DNA of 20,000 nt. Origin: an uncultured virus (IMG/VR IMGVR_UViG_3300026097_000002). Its lineage: Duplodnaviria > Heunggongvirae > Uroviricota > Caudoviricetes > Crassvirales. Numbering within the stretch: the stretch's first letter is position 1; every line of letters begins with the position of its first letter. Below are positions 14,276 to 20,000 of the stretch, piece by piece. The translations under genes and the position numbers were made by a program. The DNA lies in IMG/VR virus record IMGVR_UViG_3300026097_000002; one strand, 5' to 3'. The notes below the pieces were generated by a model, which was given only the letters and a program-made list of their open reading frames with translations, did not search any database and was not told where the DNA came from.

Positions 14276-15424
14276 ATGAGTAAATTAATTGTTAATGAAA
14301 TAGAAAAATACGACGCAGGTCAGTTAACCATAACCACGGGGACGAATGTTTCTATAGGGAGTGACCTGACTGTAGGAGGTGCTCTAAGCGCTACGCTAAG
14401 CACTGCTGCTCAAACAAACATTACAAGTGTAGGTACGTTATCGAGTCTTGCAGTTTCAGGAAATCTTACAGTAGATACAGATACACTCTTTGTAGATGCA
14501 GTAAATAATAGAGTGGGTATTGGTACTTCGAGTCCTTCACATCAAGTTGAAATAGCATCAACTGTTCCAACACTTGCTTTTAAAAGAACTAACAATACGA
14601 GCGGTAATGCAGAAATTTTTTCTGTAGGAAGTACAGGTGTAGAGAATGGTAAAATTATATTAGGAAGTGGAACTGACCAAGCCATTAAGTTTTTTCTTGC
14701 TACCGATGAAAAAATGAGCATAGACTCAAACGGCAACGTATCTATTGGAAATGCAGCTTCATTTGGTAATTTAAGAGTTGGACACACAGGAGATAATACC
14801 AATGCTTTAGTTATTGGTGATGGTGCTACCCCTGCAAATGATACGGGTATCTATATGCGAAGTGATACTTTGGCTGTTATTTCTGTTGGAAGTGGCGGAG
14901 AACTTTCATTTAGACAAGGCGGTGGAAATGGTACCGAAAGAATGAAAATAAATTCAGGAGGAAATTTAGCCTTTCCTAATGGTGGGGGTATTTACTTCGG
15001 TGCATCTTCAGGCTCAGGTTCTACTTCAGAACTTTTAGATGATTATGAAGAAGGGACTTGGACTCCTGTTTTTACAGGTTCAGGCGGTAATCCTACTTAT
15101 ACAGCATCCGTAGGCGGGCATTATACCAAGATAGGAAGGGCTGTAAACTTTACTTTAGATATGAATATTGGAACATACTCAGGAGGAAGTGGAGGATTAA
15201 GGATTTCGTTGCCATTTACTGTTGGAAGCTATGGGTTTCAACAAGCAACCATTTATGTAAGCGGAGTTAATTATCTCGCTGATTATTTAACTGCCGAGCC
15301 AAATGTTGGAAATACATTTTTATCAATAATAAGAGTTAATGATAATACAGCTGCTGACGGATTGTTAGTAGGTGCAGTTTCAGGTGGAGATATTATAAGA
15401 ATAACAGGAACATACTTTGTATAA
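14276..15424 (+). CDS. tail fibre protein
   Basis: NITSVGTL, RVGIGT, LDDYEEGTWTP...YTKIGR.V C-terminal domain. Confidence 0.8.
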   Translation: MSKLIVNEIEKYDAGQLTITTGTNVSIGSDLTVGGALSATLSTAAQTNITSVGTLSSLAVSGNLTVDTDTLFVDAVNNRVGIGTSSPSHQVEIASTVPTLAFKRTNNTSGNAEIFSVGSTGVENGKIILGSGTDQAIKFFLATDEKMSIDSNGNVSIGNAASFGNLRVGHTGDNTNALVIGDGATPANDTGIYMRSDTLAVISVGSGGELSFRQGGGNGTERMKINSGGNLAFPNGGGIYFGASSGSGSTSELLDDYEEGTWTPVFTGSGGNPTYTASVGGHYTKIGRAVNFTLDMNIGTYSGGSGGLRISLPFTVGSYGFQQATIYVSGVNYLADYLTAEPNVGNTFLSIIRVNDNTAADGLLVGAVSGGDIIRITGTYFV

Positions 15425-15443
15425 AAAAATAAATAAATAAAAA

Positions 15444-15698
15444 ATGGCACTAACAAAACAAAAAGTACAAGACAAAATCGAAATCGTTTCTGCTTTTAAG
15501 CACATACAGATTCGTTACGCTGACCAAATCGTAGAAGATGGTACTGTTATTTCTTCTGCTTTCGAACGCACCGTAGTTTCTTGCGGTGATTGGGATAAGG
15601 CAGACGAGCATAACGTAAGAGGTATTGCTGAAGCAATATGGTCTGAAGACCTAATCGCGGCGTATGAAGCATCTATTGCGGAACAACAATTAGCATAA
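15444..15698 (+). CDS. small tail-fibre-associated protein
   Basis: MAL.K....DKIEIV...IQIR type, typically found after DDYEEGTW fibres. Confidence 0.65.
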   Translation: MALTKQKVQDKIEIVSAFKHIQIRYADQIVEDGTVISSAFERTVVSCGDWDKADEHNVRGIAEAIWSEDLIAAYEASIAEQQLA

Positions 15699-15718
15699 AT
15701 AATTATTAAATAAAAACA

Positions 15719-16033
15719 ATGGCAACAACTTACAACTTTGTAATTTCAGATCTTAACGCTAAGATTCAGGACGGTGAACTATCAAACGTAATTGATACGA
15801 TTCATTGGAGATACCAAGCAACAGACGGTGAAAATACCGCTGATGTATATGGTTCTATCGGTTTAGATGCACCCGAAGCAGGGTCATTCATCGCGGCAGA
15901 TCAATTAACAAAAGAAACCGTTATCTCTTGGCTTGAAGCTAAACTTGATGTAGACGCATTGAAAGCAGGGTTAGACGCCCAGCTTGACGCTTTAGCGAAC
16001 CCGACACACACAAGTATTACACTTGCAGAGTAA
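15719..16033 (+). CDS. small tail-fibre-associated protein
   Basis: VI.TIHWR...YGS...FI....LT.E.VI.W pattern, within the fibre cluster. Confidence 0.65.
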   Translation: MATTYNFVISDLNAKIQDGELSNVIDTIHWRYQATDGENTADVYGSIGLDAPEAGSFIAADQLTKETVISWLEAKLDVDALKAGLDAQLDALANPTHTSITLAE

Positions 16034-16046
16034 TTAATTTCAGATA

Positions 16047-17630
16047 ATGGCGCAGACTAAGATTAAACTGATTGCCGATGGGGTTATTGATGCAAATAAC
16101 CTTAAGGCTGGTCATACTATTACCACGGATAATATCGGTGAGGGTACTAATTTATATTATACCGATGCGCGTGTAGGGTCGTATCTTTCAACGAATAGCT
16201 ATGCTACTGAAGGGTATGTAACTACATCGGTGGCTAATCTTGTAGATGCTGCCCCATCAACACTGGATACATTAAATGAATTAGCGGCTGCACTTGGTGA
16301 TGACCCTAACTTTGCTACTACAGTAACGAATAGTATTGCTACGAAGCTGCCATTAACCGGGGGCACAATATCTGGAAACCTTACTGTTGGTACAAATACG
16401 CTTTTTGTAGATTCCGCTAATAATAGAGTTTCTATAGGAGGAGGCGTTGGTGGCGACGTTTTTACTATTTTTAGTTCAGGCTATCCACTTGTTAGATTCA
16501 CCGATGGCAGTACCACTAGGGGCCTTTTAGGATATGTTTTTGATTGGGGATATTTTGGTTTGCAATCAGAATCTAACCTTGTTTTTAGAACAGGAACTTC
16601 AGGGGGTGCAGAAAGAATGCGCATAGACTCTTCGGGTAACGTAGGGATAGGAACGAGTAGTCCAAGCAATACTACGCATATATACAAAAACGCTACTATG
16701 GGAAGCCCCGCCTCATTCACATCAGCAAATGCGGGGTTGAGAGTGCAAGACAGCACTAATAGTATGTATTTTGATGGAAATGCTATTATAGCTGATGGTA
16801 CGGGTGATTTTACATTTGGAACTACTAAAAGTTCTCCATTGATACTGCATACTAACGCCACAGAACGTATGCGCATAGACCCAAGCGGTAATGTAGGAAT
16901 AGGTACGAGTAGTCCTGAGACTAAATTGCATATAAACGGAACGGATACTATTGTTTTAATAACAGAAGATAGCGAAGGAAAGGCTACTTTAAGGTTTGGG
17001 GATACACAAGGGTCTGTTAGCCAGTCAATGGCTTTAGCTTATAATACAGGGGGCGGAGATTTTACTTTTACAGCTAACGGTTCTTCAGAAAGAATGCGCA
17101 TAACGAGTGGAGGTGATGTTTTGTTTGGTACTACAGGAATACCTAACGGAACTTCTGTTTATGGGACTGCTTTTGAATCTACATCAAGTGGCAGAATGGA
17201 GTTGAACTTTGGTACATCTTCTGCGGGTTTTTTGTATCATATAAGATTTTGGAATCCCAACGGAGGGGTTGGAAGCATCAGCACAGAGGGTTCTTCAACT
17301 TCATTTAATACTTCTTCTGACTACAGATTAAAAGAGAATGTAGTACCTATGGAAGGTGCTTTAGACAGAGTAGATGCTCTTAACCCTTCTCGATTTAACT
17401 TTATTTCTGACCCTGAAAAGACAGTAGATGGTTTCTTAGCACACGAAGTGGCCGAGGTAATCCCTGAGGCTATTAGCGGAGAAAAAGATGCAGTAGATGA
17501 AGAAGGAAACCCTATCTATCAAGGTATTGACCAATCTAAGTTAGTTCCGCTTTTAACTGCAGCCATCCAAGAACTAAACGCTAAAATACAAGAATTAGAA
17601 AATAAATTAACCGCAAATGGCATTAACTAA
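16047..17630 (+). CDS. tail fibre/spike with C-terminal peptidase S74 intramolecular chaperone
   Basis: APSTLDTLNELAAALGDDPNF, ERMRI..SGNVGIGT repeats, TSSDYRLKEN...GFLAHEV...L..AIQEL. Confidence 0.88.
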   Translation: MAQTKIKLIADGVIDANNLKAGHTITTDNIGEGTNLYYTDARVGSYLSTNSYATEGYVTTSVANLVDAAPSTLDTLNELAAALGDDPNFATTVTNSIATKLPLTGGTISGNLTVGTNTLFVDSANNRVSIGGGVGGDVFTIFSSGYPLVRFTDGSTTRGLLGYVFDWGYFGLQSESNLVFRTGTSGGAERMRIDSSGNVGIGTSSPSNTTHIYKNATMGSPASFTSANAGLRVQDSTNSMYFDGNAIIADGTGDFTFGTTKSSPLILHTNATERMRIDPSGNVGIGTSSPETKLHINGTDTIVLITEDSEGKATLRFGDTQGSVSQSMALAYNTGGGDFTFTANGSSERMRITSGGDVLFGTTGIPNGTSVYGTAFESTSSGRMELNFGTSSAGFLYHIRFWNPNGGVGSISTEGSSTSFNTSSDYRLKENVVPMEGALDRVDALNPSRFNFISDPEKTVDGFLAHEVAEVIPEAISGEKDAVDEEGNPIYQGIDQSKLVPLLTAAIQELNAKIQELENKLTANGIN

Positions 17631-18729
17631 GGCAAGACTTATTGAAGATAACGCTATCAAAGCAGTACACATTGATGAAACAGCTACAGGTATAACCTTA
17701 GCTGATTTAACTGTTACTGGTGCTTTAAATGCTAATAGTGGTGTTACAGGTAATATAACAGGAACGGTATTAACTGCAGCACAGCCTAATATAACAAGTG
17801 TTGGAACTTTAACCGGCCTTTCGTTGAATAGTGAGTTGCAAATAAATGGTTCTTCAAATATTTCAACAATAAAAACTGATTCGGATAATAGTCTTATTGC
17901 CCTGATTGCAAGCCCTGAATTAATTGACAATAAGCCTAGGATACAAATTATAGGGACAACGTTTGCGTCTGATCCTAACACGATTCAATATTTAGGCGGA
18001 CAACATATATTCAAGTCAAGTGCTGCTGCAACGGAATATGTGCGCATAGACTCTTCAGGTAGGTTGGGGATAGGAACAAACTCACCCATTGCTTCATTAG
18101 ATGTCTTTGGCTCCATCATCACAAGAAACTCTACTGGAGGTGGGGCGATAGGTATTGGAACAATCGCAGGTCGCGGACAATATCAATATTTGAATTTTGG
18201 AGGAGCCACAGGCGGAACAGATTATGGATGGCAAATTGGGCGTTCTCCTAATGCAGGAGGTATTATTAACGACGGTTTTTATATTTATGATATTAAAACA
18301 AATAATTCTCCTTTTAACATTGCGCTTGGAGGTAACGTAGGTATTGGTACAACAGGTCCGTATGCAAAACTTACTGTTTATGGTGGTGTAGCTAATCCGC
18401 CGTCTGCTGGTGGAACACCGAATGTTGTTGGTATACCTGGATATTTTGAAACAAGATCTTACGGTTTTGGTTGCACGACTAGCTTTACAACATTTTTTAC
18501 GGTAGACGGAACTAACCTCACGTACCTTATTGTTTATAGGATAGGTCAATCAGATCTTACTTCAGTACCAAACGGGATGATAATGGTTTTTAAATCTCCA
18601 GGCCTAGGTATTAGTTATATAAGCGGAAGTAGCAGTTATATACAGGCTAGCGGTAATGATTTACAGATCAGAAGTGCATTCGGAAGTTACGGAACAGCTG
18701 TCACTATGCAAATAACTAGATTAGGATAA
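17617..18729 (+). CDS. tail fibre protein
   Basis: AAQPNITSVGTL, GNVGIGT modules. Confidence 0.8.
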   Translation: MALTKARLIEDNAIKAVHIDETATGITLADLTVTGALNANSGVTGNITGTVLTAAQPNITSVGTLTGLSLNSELQINGSSNISTIKTDSDNSLIALIASPELIDNKPRIQIIGTTFASDPNTIQYLGGQHIFKSSAAATEYVRIDSSGRLGIGTNSPIASLDVFGSIITRNSTGGGAIGIGTIAGRGQYQYLNFGGATGGTDYGWQIGRSPNAGGIINDGFYIYDIKTNNSPFNIALGGNVGIGTTGPYAKLTVYGGVANPPSAGGTPNVVGIPGYFETRSYGFGCTTSFTTFFTVDGTNLTYLIVYRIGQSDLTSVPNGMIMVFKSPGLGISYISGSSSYIQASGNDLQIRSAFGSYGTAVTMQITRLG

Positions 18730-18733
18730 AGAT

Positions 18734-20000
18734 ATGGCGAACACTAAGGTAACAGGTGACTTAATAGCTAACGGTACGGTAACAGCTACAAACTTAGCTG
18801 ACGGATCGGTTACGGCTGCGAAGCTGAACAGTATCACTACAGATAATATAACAGAGGGGACAAACCTGTTTTATACAGACGCAAGGGTTGGGAGTTACCT
18901 TTCTGGCAGCGGTTACGATACAGCAACGAATATCATCGCAACGATTACAGATTCAGCCCCTACAACATTAGATACGCTAAACGAGCTTGCGGCCGCTTTA
19001 GGGGACGACCCAAACTTTGCGACAACTGTTACGAATTCTATTGCAACTAAATTGCCTTTAGCAGGGGGTAATATAACCGGGAATTTATCTGTTGATACGA
19101 ATGTATTGTTTGTGGATACGGCTAATGATTTTGTTGGAATTGGGACGACTTCACCGGCAACTGCCTTAGACGTGAGTGGACGGATACGTAGTTTAGAATT
19201 TACCGCAGATGATGGAACAGTTCAAACAGGATTTAACAGTAACTCTTTAATACAAATAAGCAGAGGAGCGGCTCCGTCTTTCTTGCAGTTTATTTCCCCA
19301 AATAATCAGCAACAGGCTATATTATTTGGAGATACTGACGATACTGTTTCTGCTTCTTTAAGGTACGACCATAGCGGTGACTACATGTGGTTTGAAGTTA
19401 ATAACGCAGAGCGTATGCGCATAGACGGAAGCGGCAACGTGGGGATAGGTATATCTACGCCTCAGGCTCCATTGCATGTGATTGCTCCAAATTCTGCTAA
19501 TAATAGTATAATTCAAGAGTGGTCATATACCAATGATACAGAAGACCAATATAGCTTAATGCTAAAACAGACTGTTACAAGCCGCAATGTGCGTTATAAT
19601 TTTTCGATGGTTAACGACGATGTTGCTTATGATGACACTTTAGTTTTGAGTAAAGGTTTTGTTGGTATAGGTATAACTGATCCAGAAAGAAAGCTACACG
19701 TTGCTGATGACGCTTCTACATATATACAAGTTGAAAGAACAACTGCTGGTAGCGAGGGTAATATATTGCTTGGCTGCGCTACTACTGTGAATGCACTTTA
19801 TTCAAGAGATTCAGGGTCAGGTGATAGAGATTTCGCTTTTATTACAGGGTCATCAGAAAGAATGCGCATAGACTCAAGCGGTAATGTAGGTATAGGAACT
19901 GTTCCTGTAGGCACAAGAGCCCCCCTTCACATTCATAAATCAAGCGGCGCAACGTACATTCATATGACAAACAATGACGTAGGAGGCACGGAAGATGATG
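18734..20000 (+). CDS. tail fibre protein (partial, runs off window)
   Basis: MANTKVTGDLIA...EGTNLFYTDARV...APTTLDTLNELAAALGDDPNF...ERMRID.SGNVGIG. Confidence 0.85.
   Translation, partial: MANTKVTGDLIANGTVTATNLADGSVTAAKLNSITTDNITEGTNLFYTDARVGSYLSGSGYDTATNIIATITDSAPTTLDTLNELAAALGDDPNFATTVTNSIATKLPLAGGNITGNLSVDTNVLFVDTANDFVGIGTTSPATALDVSGRIRSLEFTADDGTVQTGFNSNSLIQISRGAAPSFLQFISPNNQQQAILFGDTDDTVSASLRYDHSGDYMWFEVNNAERMRIDGSGNVGIGISTPQAPLHVIAPNSANNSIIQEWSYTNDTEDQYSLMLKQTVTSRNVRYNFSMVNDDVAYDDTLVLSKGFVGIGITDPERKLHVADDASTYIQVERTTAGSEGNILLGCATTVNALYSRDSGSGDRDFAFITGSSERMRIDSSGNVGIGTVPVGTRAPLHIHKSSGATYIHMTNNDVGGTEDD

Noticed and set aside
16047..20000. Diversity-generating retroelement TR/VR pair in fibre genes
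   Set aside because: Differences between repeats are synonymous and not adenine-specific; no reverse transcriptase in the window

Overview
Segment of a dsDNA tailed phage genome with a probable Bacteroidota (Flavobacteria-like) host, judged from repeated TAnnTTTG -7 promoter boxes, short leaders without Shine-Dalgarno sites and ATGA overlaps. Positions 1-4602 hold a leftward cluster of small, probably early genes: the start of a RecE/ExoVIII-like nuclease, a stand-alone AP2 protein, a 3D-domain protein, Zn-binding microproteins and a candidate SAM lyase. A ~1 kb non-coding divergence region follows. Then come rightward groEL-groES (reversed order), small basic conserved phage proteins, a lysis cassette (holin-like, M15 peptidase, u-spanin-like) and a run of modular tail/fibre genes. 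The most striking signals are non-coding. (1) The leftward transcript begins with a TTGACA-N18-TATCAT promoter, a boxA-like motif, a ~100-nt folded domain and a 58-nt tRNA-like cloverleaf. Its first gene is followed directly by a canonical type I hammerhead ribozyme. (2) Two ~170-bp origin-like elements (TCGACACC iterons plus an AT-rich tract) bracket most of the early cassette in inverted orientation. All protein calls come from motif recognition by eye; no database search was run.
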